Positions 1-13,185 of a DNA stretch of 64,000 bases are shown in pieces. The DNA comes from Octopus vulgaris (taxonomy: Eukaryota). A model generated the notes under the pieces. It made no database searches, was not told where the DNA came from, and worked only from the letters and a program-made list of their open reading frames with translations. Positions within the stretch are counted from its first letter, which is position 1; every line of letters begins with the position of its first letter. The position numbers and the translations under genes are program-made. The stretch covers positions 7,874,001 to 7,938,000 of the forward strand of contig OX597840.1 in assembly GCA_951406725.2 (NCBI GenBank). Direction: 5' to 3'.

Positions 1-248
1 CACAGCAGTAAAAAAATTCCCAAATATAGGGATTTTCATAGAAAGAAAGCACCTTTTTGATGTAAATAATTTTTAGTGTCAACATGGTCTGATTTGAATT
101 TTATCTTCTACGGAATGAAGAGCAAGCCTTTTTCTATCATACTCTTAATTTTGGTCAACTTGCACCACATGGTCTCGGAGGAGATAGTGTTAGTTGAAGG
201 CTACCAAACCTGTCATACACAGGCAACTTCAGCTTTATATATAGAGAT
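1..248 (-). mobile_element. Probable 5' end of a non-autonomous Helitron-like element, truncated by the window start
   Basis: Reverse complement begins atctctatatataaagctgaagttg, a TC-start, TA-rich Helitron-type 5' end similar to the element at 58071-58385. The other end is not in the window. Confidence 0.35.
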
Positions 249-989
249 TATAATTAATATTTAATTTTGTAAAGAAGAGATATAACTGAATGTATATAAC
301 AATGATAATAATGATCTCATAGTCATACTGAAATAAGGATTTTATATAATATCTGGTTTTGTAAGGAAGAAATAATACTGATTGCATGCAATAATTATAT
401 GATTTTGTAAGGAAGATATATTATTGAGTATATATAACTAGCTGGCCCCATGCCATAAAAAATGATGGCTAAGTGTAGTATTTTGTATATAAATACGGAT
501 GGTAAATCAAATTAATACCCTTGTCAGTGTTCACATACATTCACATACTTCCCTTGCACACATATACTCAGAGTATCTCACATATACTCAGAGTGTCTCT
601 CGTGGTATCTACTGCAGAACATCCATATTTAAGAGGGGATAAATATTACCACTAAGAAATTTAGGGAGAGCTGTACTGCAGAAGGTCCTTAGAGAAGAAG
701 CACCCCCTCATGCAAGTGTTTGATCCCGTAACCTGTTACACTCTAAGGAGCCAGGCTGCATCCAGGTCATGGATACCCCATTACTGTTACATTCTGTGCT
801 ATTGTCTCACAGAGTTGAAACGCTGTTTGATTTTTCTTTTCAGCGACGAATGTTCATCATCCTACCAATTTGCCTTCACCTCTTCCTTATTCATCTTCCT
901 GCCCTTACTTTCTCATTCGTGTGCTGTAACAGAGAAAAACACAAGAGTATTATTACAGTAGATGATCATAAATAATACTAATAATTTTC

Positions 990-1155
990 ATCATCATTTA
1001 ATGTCAAATTTCCATGTTGGCATGGGTTGGATGATTTGACAGGATCTGACAAACCTCATGTCTGCATCAACTCCAGTGTCAGCTTCTGCATGGTTTATAC
1101 AACTGGATGCCCTTCCTAGTGCCAACCACTTGACAGTGGGTACTGGGTGCTTTTG
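990..1155 (-). mobile_element. SINE family C (RTE-type tail), degenerate
   Basis: Reverse complement of the gcacccactacact...gttaggaagggcatccagctgtagaaac...(gat)n tail found many times in the window. Confidence 0.7.
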
Positions 1156-1391
1156 TTGTACCACAACCACTATTGTATAAAATAAAATATTATCTTCAAT
1201 TTTGTAAGGGAAGGAATATTACTGATTATTTGTAACAATGAACTTATCTAATCTGATTGTTTTTTGCTGTTTTCATTTAACACCTCACTCCCATCCTAGC
1301 GATCAACCCTCATCCAGCAATCTATGATTAATTAAATATATTCCTGCCAAGATCAGTATTTTTTTTTTTACCCGATTTTCAGACATATGTG

Positions 1392-1860
1392 GGCGTAGGA
1401 GTGGCTGTGTGGTAAGTAGCTTGCTTACCGACCACATGGTTCAGGGTTCAGTCCCACTACGTGGCACCTTGGGCAAGTGTCTTCTACTATAGCCTCGGAC
1501 CGACCAAAGCCTTGTGAGTGGATTTGGCAGACGGAAACTGAAAGAAGCCCGTCGTATATATGTATATATATATATATGTATGTGTGTTTGTGTGTCTGTG
1601 TTTGTCCTCCCAACATCGCTTGACGACTGATGGTGGTGTGTATATATGTGCTGGGCTTTGTGTTTGAGCTACCATCTCATAAAATGCTTGGCAACAAGTG
1701 TTGGTTTGTTTACATCCCTGTAACTCAGTGGTTGGGCATAAGAGACTGATATAGTAATTATACCATACATAAAAGAAAATAATAGGGTTGATTTGTTTGA
1801 TTAAACCCTTGAACAAGTTGCCCTAGCAAGGCTGCAGTCCAGTGACTGAAGCAAGTAGAA
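1392..1860 (+). mobile_element. SINE family A (tRNA-derived head, internal TA/TG microsatellite)
   Basis: Head ggcgtaggagtggctgtgtggtaag...gggttcagtcccac (A/B-box-like), core caccttgggcaagtgtcttct, tail gactgaaacaagtaaaag. More than 10 copies in the window. Confidence 0.85.
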
Positions 1861-2451
1861 TATAAATGGTAAAATACTTTATATATAATAAAATTATAAG
1901 ACTGGATAATTGCAGTTCAATCCATGCTACATATGTTTCAGTAGCAAAGCATTGTATTTATTACACATGATCCTAACCAACTGATATATAAATTTATATA
2001 AAATATATGTATATGTATGTCTGTGCACATATTTAAATAGTTTCATTTGAAATCTAATTAAACAGAATCCGAATATGAGTGTATAGGTACGTTATGTCTT
2101 TTGGTTTATTTAATTGATTTGGATTTTAATGAGTTTCAATTAGTATTTATATATATTTTTTTTTTAATATTGAATCTCTCATTTCTGCTTCATGCATCAT
2201 AATTTAACATAACGCATGGTTTGTTTCTTGTTTTGATGAAATATTTTTTTTAAAAAAACCCAAAAGCTATTGAATTTTTTATAATAATACTGATAATAAT
2301 GATGATGATGATGATGGTGATATGATAATAATATGTATGGGTTTATTTCTGTATTGGCCTGGTCTTTTTTTTTAACTCTGTTTCTCACAGTCTACTTATA
2401 TATTGCTCCTTACTCTCCATCTGTTTCTCTCTTTCTGTCTGTCTTTGCTTT

Positions 2452-2454
2452 ACC

Positions 2455-2516
<62 letters not shown>

Positions 2517-2830
2517 CCTGTATGCTTGTTTATCTATCTGTTATGTCTCTCTCTCTGGCTAATCTTCAGTAGACAGACACTTAGCTCTTTACCTGTCAGT
2601 CTCTGTCTATCTATCTATCTGCTTGTTTATCTATCTGTTACTTCTCCCTCTGTGGCTAACCTTCAGTAGACAGACACTTATCTCTTTACCTATATGTCTG
2701 TCTGTCTGTCTCTGTCTATCACTTTACCTGTCTTACTGTTCCTCTCTGTTTGCCTATCTGCCTGTCTATCTATCTACCCATCAATATAAACAGATGTCTG
2801 CCTGTCTACCTGTCTATCTATCTATTTTTC
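2452..2830. repeat. (TATC)n microsatellite followed by an ~80 bp direct duplication and TCTG/TATC-rich sequence
   Basis: Visible tatc run at ~2455-2516; ctctggctaatcttcagtagacagacactta occurs at ~2553 and, slightly varied, at ~2650. Confidence 0.85.
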
Positions 2831-3799
2831 TAGCTATGTCCCTGTTTATCTTCTTTCTATCTAATTCTCTCTCCAATGTAAATTGTTATATTCTAAAACA
2901 TTGTTTTAAAATTTTTTCAGTAAAATCTTCAATAAAAATTACATGACTAGATTAATTACATGACTAGATTAATTATATGACTAGATAAATTCCTCAAATG
3001 ACCTCATTTACAATTTTCAGCATCACTTAAACAACAATTGTTTTAATCTATGAAACCTGTTTAACGATGTCTATTTAACGATGTCGTGTAAATACTTTTT
3101 ACTTGGCACTCTCCATCACTTCAGTCTAAATGAGCACCAATTAGGCTATGGACAGCGCATTTCCACCTTCAGTACAACAACAACAACAATAATAAAAATA
3201 ATAATAAACTTCTAGCATGTAAATATTGGGTTAAAATCCCTTTTGGATACAAAAGGTCAAAGGGTACCTATAACTTTTTTTCTTCAAAAAGAGCTTTTTA
3301 GTCCAATATTTACATTCAGTTTTAATAGCTTTATCTGCTTCAAGTTCTGCAATTTAAAAAAAAATCTAATTTATTTCATGTTCTCCTGATGTTTCCGATT
3401 TCTTCTGACATAAATAATAATAATAATAATAATAATAATATTGATGATAGATATCAGAATATTACTAAAATGATTTGATGTTAAACCTGTGGAGAGATTG
3501 TGGAAGAATAAGACAGCAATTGCTCTTGTGGTAATTGGTGCACTAGGCACAGCAAGTGCCACCAAAGGGGGTGAAGAACTGTGGAAGTGAGACTTACGTT
3601 GTCATCTTGCAAAAAAGTGAAATCTTGTATTTAGCAAGGATCCCAAGAAAGACACCTGAGATTTGATGAGACTTGTTACCAAACCTTAAGACATCCCTGT
3701 TAACTGATGTAGCACATAATAGTTTTGATGATGATGATGATGATACTAATAATAACAGCAACAACAACAAAGAGATTGTAGAACACTTATCTTAGTTAT

Positions 3800-3839
<40 letters not shown>

Positions 3840-3910
3840 CATGGTCTCAGTCTAATGACTGAAAGAAGTAAAATGATAAAAGATTAATTTTTATATATAT
3901 ATATATATAT

Positions 3911-4176
3911 AAGAGGGAAACCACTATGTGGACACCCATATGCTAGAAATAGATCTGCTATGGTCTCACCATTAAGAAATGTTCTCAAGAAAAATTTAGC
4001 AAAACAACCAAAACGTAATCGAGCAAGACAAAAGAAAAAGTAATAAAAATATGGATTATTCGTAGACATGTTTCATTATCAACAAATTACATAATCTTAC
4101 ATACGTAACTTATGTAATTGTCCGTAGATCATCGGTATGATCGTCCAAGGTGAATATAATTTGCAGGGCTGAATAC
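3911..4176 (-). mobile_element. Non-autonomous Penelope-like fragment with hammerhead-like motif, inserted in (TA)n
   Basis: Flanked on both sides by (TA)n. Minus strand 4139-4061 reads CAUA-CCGAUGA-long stem II-GAAACAUGUC-UACG. Confidence 0.55.
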
Positions 4177-4517
4177 TATATATATATATATATTTATATG
4201 AGGCAGATGAAACGTCATCCTGGCAGTAGCTAGCAAGAATGCCAGGTGCATTTCAGCATCCTTGAACCTTGTCAATTACTGACGTCTACTTGCAGCCGTA
4301 TGCCATGACAAAATCTGTCATATCTGATATATGTAGGAAACATTCAATAATATATTCACTGATATTGCGAAACAGCCACGGGGCTGAATAAAAAGACCTT
4401 CTTCGTTTTCATTGAAGCTATGGAATTAGCTTTTATTTACTTATTTATATATTTTATTGATTTATGAATTCGTTTTCACCACCGTTGAACTTAATCTTTA
4501 CATTCTGAACTGTCCAA

Positions 4518-4719
4518 TGTATATATGTGCAAGTGTATACATATGTCGATATATACATACATATATATATATATATGTACATATGTATATATGTGTATAT
4601 ATATATATATATATATGTACATATGTATATGTGTGTATATATATATATATGTACATATGTATATGTGTATATATATATATGTGTATATGTGTGTATATAT
4701 GTGTATATGTGTGTATATA

Positions 4720-4750
<31 letters not shown>

Positions 4751-4891
4751 GTATGTGTGTATATATATATGTATATGTGTATATATATATATGTACATAT
4801 GTATATGTATATATATGTACATATGTATACGTGTACATATATATATGTACATATGTATATATATGTACAAATGTATATGTGTATATATATG

Positions 4892-4924
<33 letters not shown>

Positions 4925-4950
4925 ATGTATATAAATGCACATGTGCATGT
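4518..4950. repeat. Compound (TA)/(TG)/(CATATG) microsatellite
   Basis: Low-complexity purine-pyrimidine alternation; it produces the YI/HT/CV pseudo-ORFs. Confidence 0.95.
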
Positions 4951-5156
4951 ACATAAGTGGACTTTGCTACATGTATGTTTCCATGCTTGGTTTCCTTCTA
5001 CGTGTGTTTCTGCCTTAAATGACCTCTTTGGCTGAAATCGTTGATTCACAAGCCATGCTTGATCTTTACAGCTCAGCGTAGCGTGACTCCTACCTACATG
5101 GATAACCGAGACAAAGGTACAGTGGATTCTGAATAATACCCTCTGACATTTGAAAT

Positions 5157-5191
<35 letters not shown>

Positions 5192-5428
5192 ACAAAATAC
5201 TTCTCCTCCACTTTCTGTTGTACACGCACGCAAAGGAACCCACATGCACACAGACAGACACGCACTCGCTCTTTCTTGCCCTGTGTTTTCATCTTATCTT
5301 TTTTTTTAATATATATTTGTTTGCTTTCTTACTCTTGGTGCTTTTTTTCTTCTTCTTATTATTATTATTCGGTTGGAGGATTGGTAGAATCGTTAGTGTC
5401 AGAAAGCAAAAAAAAGAAAAGAAAAATG

Positions 5429-5578
5429 CTTGTGTGGTAAGTAGCTTGCTTACCAACCACATGGTTTCGGGTTCAGTCCCACTGCATGGCACCTTGGGCA
5501 AGTGTCTTCTGCTATAGCCTCGGGCCGACCAAAGCCTTGTTAGTGGATTTGGCAGACGGAAACTAAAAGAAGCCCGTC

Positions 5579-5620
<42 letters not shown>

Positions 5621-5835
5621 ATGTTTGTGGGTCTGTGTTTGTCCCCCTAGCATTGCTTGACAACCGATGCTGGTGTGTTTACGTCCCCGTCACTTAGCGG
5701 TTCGGCAAAAGAGACCGATAGAATAAGTACTGGGCTTACAAAGAATAAATCCCGGGGTCGAGTTGCTCGACTAAAGGCGGTGCTCCAGCATGGCCGCAGT
5801 CAAATGACTGAAACAAGTCAAAAAGAGTAAAAGAG
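5429..5835 (+). mobile_element. SINE family A, near full length
   Basis: Near identical to copies at 12776, 40331 and 41833; ends in an (AG)n tail. Confidence 0.9.
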
Positions 5836-6439
5836 AGAGAGAGAGTATTATTAATGGCTCAGCCGGAGAAGGGAGGACAACACTTATGAGCATTTTAAGG
5901 ACTATCCTGCCTGGTAGAAGGGAAAACAAGGTTTTCTACATGGTTCTTTGTTTATGACAGTAATCTGCTGGGTATTAACACACAAGATCAGTGGGGAGTT
6001 TGCAACTGGGGACTCCAAGGTCAATGATGACTCTATTCTAGCATTTCAAAAACTCTTTGTCGATATGCCATCTGACTGACAAGAAACTTCAGTGAAACAT
6101 AGTGACCTTTAAATTCTTAACAATGTGGCTTTGAGTTCAGTCCCACTGCATGGTACTTTGAGCAAGTGTCTTCCCCCTCCTGCTATGGCATAGAGACAAT
6201 CTTTGCTTATTAGGGAATTTGGCAGAGGAAAACTGAAAGACACCTGTAGTGTGTGTCTGAGACCCCCTTCGGTCACGACACTGACCACGGGATTGCACCT
6301 AGAAAGTTACCCTCCCAGGCACAAGTTCGGGCAAGGTTGTTTATGGAAGACCAGCAGTCGCCCATGCATACCGGCCCCCCTCTCCACGCCACCAGTGTTA
6401 TCTGAAGGGAAATGCAAAGGGGCCGATACAGCTTGGCAC

Positions 6440-6597
6440 CTTTGAGATCGCAACTCATTTCTATGGCTGAGTGAACTGGAGCAACGTGAAATAAAGTGTC
6501 TTGCTCAAGAACACAACACGCAGCCCGGTCGGGGATTCGAACTCACAACCTCACGATCATATGCTCAATGCTCTAACTACTGAGTCATATGCCTTCA
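6440..6597 (-). mobile_element. tRNA-derived SINE fragment
   Basis: Minus strand has tggctcagtagttagagc-like A box and gagttcgaatccc B box, followed by gtgttgtgttcttgagcaagacactttatttcac. Related pieces at ~8690-8830, 42470-42640 and 45455-45552. Confidence 0.7.
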
Positions 6598-6615
6598 TAA
6601 GTGTGTGTATATCTA

Positions 6616-6659
<44 letters not shown>

Positions 6660-6986
6660 TATGTGCATCTCTGTGATTTCAATCTGTGGTGAGCTACATC
6701 ATTTGCAGTTGAGCTGTAAGCAGTGGTGTCACCATTCATGGTTGGGCTGCAACTGGTGATGTTTGTTGACATTTCTTGACAACAAACCACCCACTATCTC
6801 TGCACTTTACAGTTCCTCAGAGATTAAATTCTGTTACTTGGGAAACAAGTGAAGTTTGGTGTCAGGTTGAGCAACTGGCCGTAAAAATCCTGTCTCAAGT
6901 GCCTTATCTATCTAACAATGCCGGGAACAGGAAAATATACATTGAACAAACATGAGAGTGTATGTGTATATATATATGTGTGTGTG

Positions 6987-7030
<44 letters not shown>

Positions 7031-7800
7031 CATGTATATAGGTTAGACATGGTACCGGCTAATATTGATTAAATCCTATCACAGTTTATAATTAATGTTG
7101 ATATGTAGACTAACTGAACTAAGAAAAAGTTCATGGCTTCTATGTATGTTATTTTAAGAAAACATTACCAGTCAAATATATATATATATAAATTTAGAGA
7201 AGGGATTGACAGACTTCCTAGTTTCCCTTGTTGTGGGTTTCATCTGACTGTAAAGTTGTTTGGGTTTTTATTCAAGCATTTTATATTTTTTACTTTTTGA
7301 TTCATCTTGTGGGTGAGACTTAGTGGTTGCAACAATATAGGTGTGTTTTAATATTGTATTTTCTGCACATTTCTTATATATATATATATATATATTGTTT
7401 CTGTATACTGGACCTAACTTTATTGATCACTTTAGCTAAATTCCTCTTCTGCTATTAACAATGTGGCTTTGAGTTCAGTTCCACTGCACGGTTCTTTGGG
7501 CAAGTCTCTTCTACCTTCTGCTATAACATAGAGCTAATCTTTGCTTATTAGGTTGTTGGAGAAATAATTCTATTTTCATTTGATGTCGTTCAGCTTCAGC
7601 TTGTGCAACATGGTTTTCTCTGGCAGGACACTTGAGCAAATCCTCCTGTTGTCTAGCACTAAATTTGATATTTTTTTTGTTTTGAGCACTGTGGCCATTT
7701 GCTACCAGTCTCCAGATTATGAATATATAAAAATGTGTGTGTGTGTGTGTGTAAAAATGGATGCAATTGCATATATACACACTTGTGTATATATATATAT

Positions 7801-8125
7801 ATAAATTAGAAAAAAACACCTTTTATCAATTCAAAATGAACAATTAAATTAAACCATCTAGAAAATTACATATTATAGACATTAAAATTAAAATAACAAT
7901 AATATACCGAAGATTAAGTAAATTGCAAAAAAATAATAAAAACGTACATATTTGGTTTATATGTATATGTTTTTAAATATATACGTTTTTATTATTATTT
8001 TGCACATTACTTAATTATTGGTGTAGTATTTTTATCTTATATTTAATATTTCTATTATATGTAATTTTCTTGATGGTGTAATTTAATAATTCATTTTGAA
8101 TTGATAAAAGGTGGGTTTTTTCTAA

Positions 8126-8130
<5 letters not shown>
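7801..8130. mobile_element. AT-rich fold-back element (~150 bp inverted arms) inserted in (TA)n
   Basis: aaattagaaaaaaacaccttttatcaattcaaaatga... pairs with ...tcattttgaattgataaaaggtgggttttttctaactt. Sibling copy at 43975-44188. Confidence 0.8.
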
Positions 8131-8159
<29 letters not shown>

Positions 8160-8243
8160 TATGAATGGTAATTGTGTTTTATATACATATGAGAGTGTAT
8201 ATGTATAATAATTGTATATTATGTATATGTGTAATAACTATGG

Positions 8244-8290
<47 letters not shown>

Positions 8291-9467
8291 GTGCATTCAT
8301 ACACATACAAATGTCTTTCTCAGTCATTCATCTCATTTTTTTTTTTTTTTTTTTAGTTTTCATTCACTACTTTTTTCTTGTATTTTTCATTTTAAGTCAC
8401 TTTTCTTCCTTCTTGCTGTGTATAGAACAGTTTTATATGTGCTGAACAAATGACTTCCTCTTGTTTGGGGGAACCCAACTCCAGTGCCACCACCACCACC
8501 ACCAGTACTGTTACTACTACTTCTACTGTGTGCTACTAAAGTTTAAGCTTCGACCTTGTGCTCTCATGAGCACCAAGACTCGTTAGGTGGGAATTTAACC
8601 CAGTTTAATTGAGACTACAACTCTCCCCCACTGACTGGGACACTGGTCCTTTATACAGTTAACTTCCCAGGTATTACTGAAACTCCTTTACAAATGTGTG
8701 AACTGGAGCAGCAACATGAAATGAAGTGTTGTTTTGCTCAAGAACACAACACATCATCTGGTCTGTCTGGGAATCGAAACCTTGATCTTACAATTATGAG
8801 TACCACACCCTAATCACTTGACCACAGACCTTCCCAAAATATAAGTCATCAGAAACTATTTTATTCATCCCACACCCCATTCTTGGATTCACAGAATTGT
8901 ATTTTGTGTCAATATACCTTGGGATATCTTTTGTAGTTCTTTACATTCTCGGGTTTAATTCCTGCCTGGGTCAACTTTGCAGAATTTCATCATTTCTGGG
9001 AGATAAAATGAAATAACAATCAAATATTGATGTTGAAATAATTGTAATTAACTTGCCATTTCCCTTCCAAATTGCTAACCAATTTGCCATGATGTGCCTG
9101 ATGTAGAAAGGATTATCATTATTATTATTATTATATGTTTGACTTTTGCTTTACATTTGTACAAGTTGGCTCAAAGTCTCACCCAGAGACCTCAAGAGAC
9201 AACAAGTTGGAAGTTTGTGTTGGTGTTATGCCTAGGATGCTATATATTTGGTTTTTGTACTTAATGTTGTACTAGTGAATGTTTAAGAAACCATAAGAAA
9301 ATTTTGTTTGTTTTAAAACTTGAGATTACAAAGAAAGTATTTTGCATAGGATATGAGCACTATCTTGAATTTCTGCCATTATGGGTTTCCTGGTATCTGA
9401 AATAGGTAGCAATCAGCCCCTTTTGCTATCATTCCTAGGGCACATTATTATTATTATTATTATTATA

Positions 9468-9840
9468 GTGAGCTGGTAGAATTGTTCAGCATTATTTGGT
9501 CCGTCTTCATGTTCTGAGTTCAAATTCTGCCATGGTCGACTTTGCCTTTCATCCTTTCGGGGGTTGATAAATTAAGTACCAGTTAAGCACTAGGGCCAAT
9601 GTAATCAACTTGCTCCCTCCCCCCAAAAGTTCAGCCCTTGTGCCTGTAGTATAAAGGATTGTTATTATTATTATTATTAAGGCAGCGAGCTGACAAAATC
9701 ATTAACACACATTTCATTCATCTTCACCTTCTGAGTTCAAATTCCACCAAGGTTGAATTTACCTTTTGTCCTTTTGGGGGTTGATAAAATGAGTACCAAT
9801 AGATTTCTGGGATTAATGTAATTGATTTTTCTCTTCCTTT
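9468..9840 (+). mobile_element. Two tandem SINE family B copies
   Basis: gagctggcaga...ttctgagttcaaattc...gactttgcctttcatcctttcggggtcgataaa...gtaccag. The central part resembles the MetaSINE domain (from memory). Confidence 0.8.
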
Positions 9841-10212
9841 AACCAAAATGTGAAATCCTTATTATTATTATTTTGTTGTTGTTGCTGTTGTTAGGTAATT
9901 TAGTTCCATCTTTTTTATAGTACAAGTTCAAACCCTAGTGGTGGATCAGCTTTACTTTTCGTTCTCCTGGGGTCGATAAAATCAATTAAGCCATCACTTG
10001 ACCACACATTTGGGGTTTGACTCAATCGACTGTGCCTTCAGATGTTTGGCCTTGCGTAGATGTGAATCATCACCATCATCATCATCATCATAACCATTAT
10101 TGTCACCATCACCATTGTTATGTCATCATCATCATCATCACCACCATCACTGTTTATATATTTATCGTTTAGGGCTAACTCTGTTGATATTATTTTCTCG
10201 TTTACTCTACAG

Positions 10213-10260
10213 GACTGCAGGACTTAACTAGTCCTGCAATGACCACTGGATCTGACCCAG
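10213..10260 (+). CDS. PICALM: PICALM/AP180-family clathrin assembly protein, 48-nt internal exon (GLQDLTSPAMTTGSDPG)
   Basis: Acceptor ttttctcgtttactctacag, donor CAG|gtacta, phase 1-1. Joins in frame to the exon at 20472 to give ...GSDPGFNAFGDVLQP. S/T/P-rich like the disordered AP180 tail. Confidence 0.65.
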
Positions 10261-10282
10261 GTACTAACATTCCAGCTTGCTG

Positions 10283-10433
10283 ACCACACACACACACACA
10301 CACACATGCGCATATATATATAATATATATATATATCTATCTATCTATATATATATTTATATATATATATATATTATATATTTATATATATCTATATTAT
10401 ATATATATATAAATATATATATATATCTATCTA

Positions 10434-10477
<44 letters not shown>

Positions 10478-10514
10478 TAATATATATATATATAATATAT
10501 ATAAATATAATATG

Positions 10515-10582
<68 letters not shown>

Positions 10583-10602
10583 ATATGTATAAATATAATA
10601 TG

Positions 10603-10676
<74 letters not shown>

Positions 10677-10690
10677 TGTGTGTGTATGCA
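10283..10690. repeat. (CA)n plus long (TA)n microsatellite
   Basis: Directly visible. Confidence 0.95.
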
Positions 10691-11551
10691 AGCAATCCTT
10701 TTTCTATGTTTTTTTCCTAAATTATCTCTGTAGACATCTTAGTTATTCTTTCTTCATCTTGTATGACGGTTGTTTGATTTCTATTCCTCAAATTTTCTTT
10801 GTATTATTATTATTGTTTTCTGTCATTTAATTGAAAGAACTACTATTATTATTATTATTATTATTATTATTGTTGTCATCGATGTTGTTGTTCTTATTTC
10901 TTTCCTTGGTTGTCATCACTACCCACATAATAATAATCACTCTTACTGTACCTATCGACGTTGTATTCCGAGGTAGACGTAGATATAGTTTTGTCTTCTT
11001 TTCTCATTCCTTCTTCTTCTTCTTCTTACGTCAGCATGGCTCACACAAACCTTGTTTTGAAGATTTATTTTATTTCCCTCTTTGATTGTGAGATGTTCTA
11101 TTAATTTTATTCCAGATTTCTTTTTTTCAATTCTTTCTCATTATTTTCCTTCATGGGAAAGCATAGAGGACAGAATCGGTGTGTTTACTGGATAACCAGC
11201 ATGTCTGTGGGAAGTCTGTCTTGCCTCGGTGCTGTATTGGTAATCATGGTCAGTAGATCTAGCTGTCAATAAACCCTTTTGTAAGTAGGTACCATTGGCT
11301 GGTATAAAATTTTGGCCAAGACCACCACATGTCTTTGTAAATAGGTACCAAATGCTGGTATAAAGTCTTGGCAAGCCATCCATCTGCCTTTGTATGTAGG
11401 TTCCATAGGCTCATTTAAAACTGCATTGAAATCCACTACCCAGTTTAGAAGCAGGTCCTAGAAGCTAATATGAAATTTTGGCCTGTTCCACTACTTTGCT
11501 TAGAAATGCTACAGGTTTGCATAGTTTGATGAGGTCCACTAGCTTGTAAGT

Positions 11552-11863
11552 GGAGGCACATGGCCTAGTGGTTAGAGCAGCGGACTCGTGGTCGAGGGAT
11601 CGCGGGTTCGAATCTCAGACCGGGCGATGTGTGTGTTTATGAGCGAAAGCACCTAAGCTCCACGCGGCTCTGGCAGAAGGTTATGGCGAACTTCTGCTGA
11701 CTCTTTCGCCACAACTTTCTCTCACTCTTTCCTTCTCCTGCATCTTGCAGCTCACCTGCAACGGACCGACATCCCGTCCAGTTGGGGAACCTATACACCA
11801 AGAGACCGGGAAACCGGCCCTTATGAGCCAGGAATGGCTCGAGAATGAACAAACAACAACAAA
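11552..11863 (+). mobile_element. SINE family D (tRNA-derived), full length with 14-bp TSD
   Basis: A box tggcctagtggttagagc, B box gggttcgaatctc, (aac)n tail. TSD actagcttgtaagt at 11538-11551 and 11864-11877. Confidence 0.92.
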
Positions 11864-12139
11864 ACTAGCTTGTAAGTCCTGTGTTAATCTATCAGTGATT
11901 GATGAAGACCACAGCTTCAACAATGAAGGATGCAGCGATGTGTGGAAACCACAGTATCATGACTTCGTGTCAATACAACATCTTCCATGAGTCCTTGCAA
12001 GCAAGAAATGATGGAAGTGATGGTATTTTGTTGTTGCAGATGTATGTGTTTGTATGACCGGCTCAAAGTAAAGGACCCATCGTTTGTTTGGTGTTCCAAG
12101 AAGCATATGTCAGTTGGACCCAAAGTTATTTATGTGTGT

Positions 12140-12390
12140 GACTGGCTTCCATGCCGGTGGCACATTAAAAGCACCAACCGATCGTGACCGCTGCCAGACT
12201 CCCCTGGCATGTAAAAAGCACCCACCACACTCTCAGAGTGGTTGGCGTTAGGAAGGGCATCCAGCTGTAGAAACTCTGCCAGATCAAGACTGCAGCCTGG
12301 TGCAGCCTCCTGGCTTCCCAGACCCCGGTCGAACTCTCCAACCCATGCTAGCGCGGAACGCGGACGTTAAACGATGATGATGATGATGAT
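12140..12390 (+). mobile_element. SINE family C (RTE-type tail)
   Basis: tgccggtggcac...aaaagcaccc...gttaggaagggcatccagctgtagaaac...cggacgttaaac(gat)n. Confidence 0.85.
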
Positions 12391-12775
12391 GAAGAGTCGG
12401 AGAAACTCGTGTAGCATCCCCTACACTCTCTCATCCTGAATCATCCGGATGCAGGAATTGTTTGAGAATTTACAGAGTTTGACAAAGACCTGTTGAGGCA
12501 CATTGCTTAGTGGTTAGAGTGTTGAACTCAGGATTGTTAGATTGTGGTTTCGATTCCTGGTCTGGGCAACCTGTTGTGTTCTTGAGCAAAATACTTCATT
12601 TCACATTGCTCCAGTCCATTCAGCTAGCAAAAATGATTAATCTTGCAACAGACTGGCATCCTGTCATGGGAGGAATATATATGTCACAGAAACCAGGAAT
12701 CTGGTCCTATGAGTCTATATAATTTAGGAAGGGTCTTTATCCTTTTTTTTTAAAAAAAAAACATGGAATTATCTG

Positions 12776-13185
12776 CAGGAGTGGCTGTGTGGTAAGTAGC
12801 TTGTTTACTAACCACATGGTTCCGGGTTCAGTCCCACTGCATAGCACCTTGGGCAAGTGCCTTCTACTATAGCCTCGGGCCGACCAAAGCCTTGTGAGTG
12901 GATTTGGTAGACGGAAACTGAAAGAAGCCCCTCGTATATATGTATATATATATATATATGCGTGTGTGTGTATGTTTGTGTGTCTGTGTTTGTCCCCCTA
13001 GCATTGATGGACAACCGATGCTGGTGTGTTTATGTCCCTGTTACTTAGCGGTTCGGCAAAAGAGGCCGATAGAATAAGTACTGGGCTTAGAAAAGAATAA
13101 GTCCCGGGGTCGAGTTGCTCGACTAAAGGCGGTGCTCCAGCATGGCCACAGTCAAATGACTGAAACAAGTAAAAGAGTAAAGAGA
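12776..13185 (+). mobile_element. SINE family A, full length
   Basis: Same head, core and tail as 5429-5835; (AG)n tail. Confidence 0.9.

Noticed and set aside
844-918. Possible upstream PICALM exon after the strong acceptor ttttcttttcag (TNVHHPTNLPSPLPYSSSCPYFLI)
   Set aside because: No convincing donor (gtgtgc) and no recognisable AP180 motif; cannot be supported without RNA data.
5160-5188. Poly(A) run of about 29 nt suggesting a retrocopy tail
   Set aside because: No poly(A) signal, TSD or identifiable upstream coding sequence.
8426-8540. Acceptor-like site followed by a T/P-rich reading frame
   Set aside because: Mostly (CCA)/(CTA) simple repeat; ends in a stop with no donor or homology.
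11552-11625. tRNA-like sequence (also at 38453 and 48531)
   Set aside because: These are SINE heads continuing into a shared body and tail (with a TSD at 11552), not stand-alone tRNA genes.
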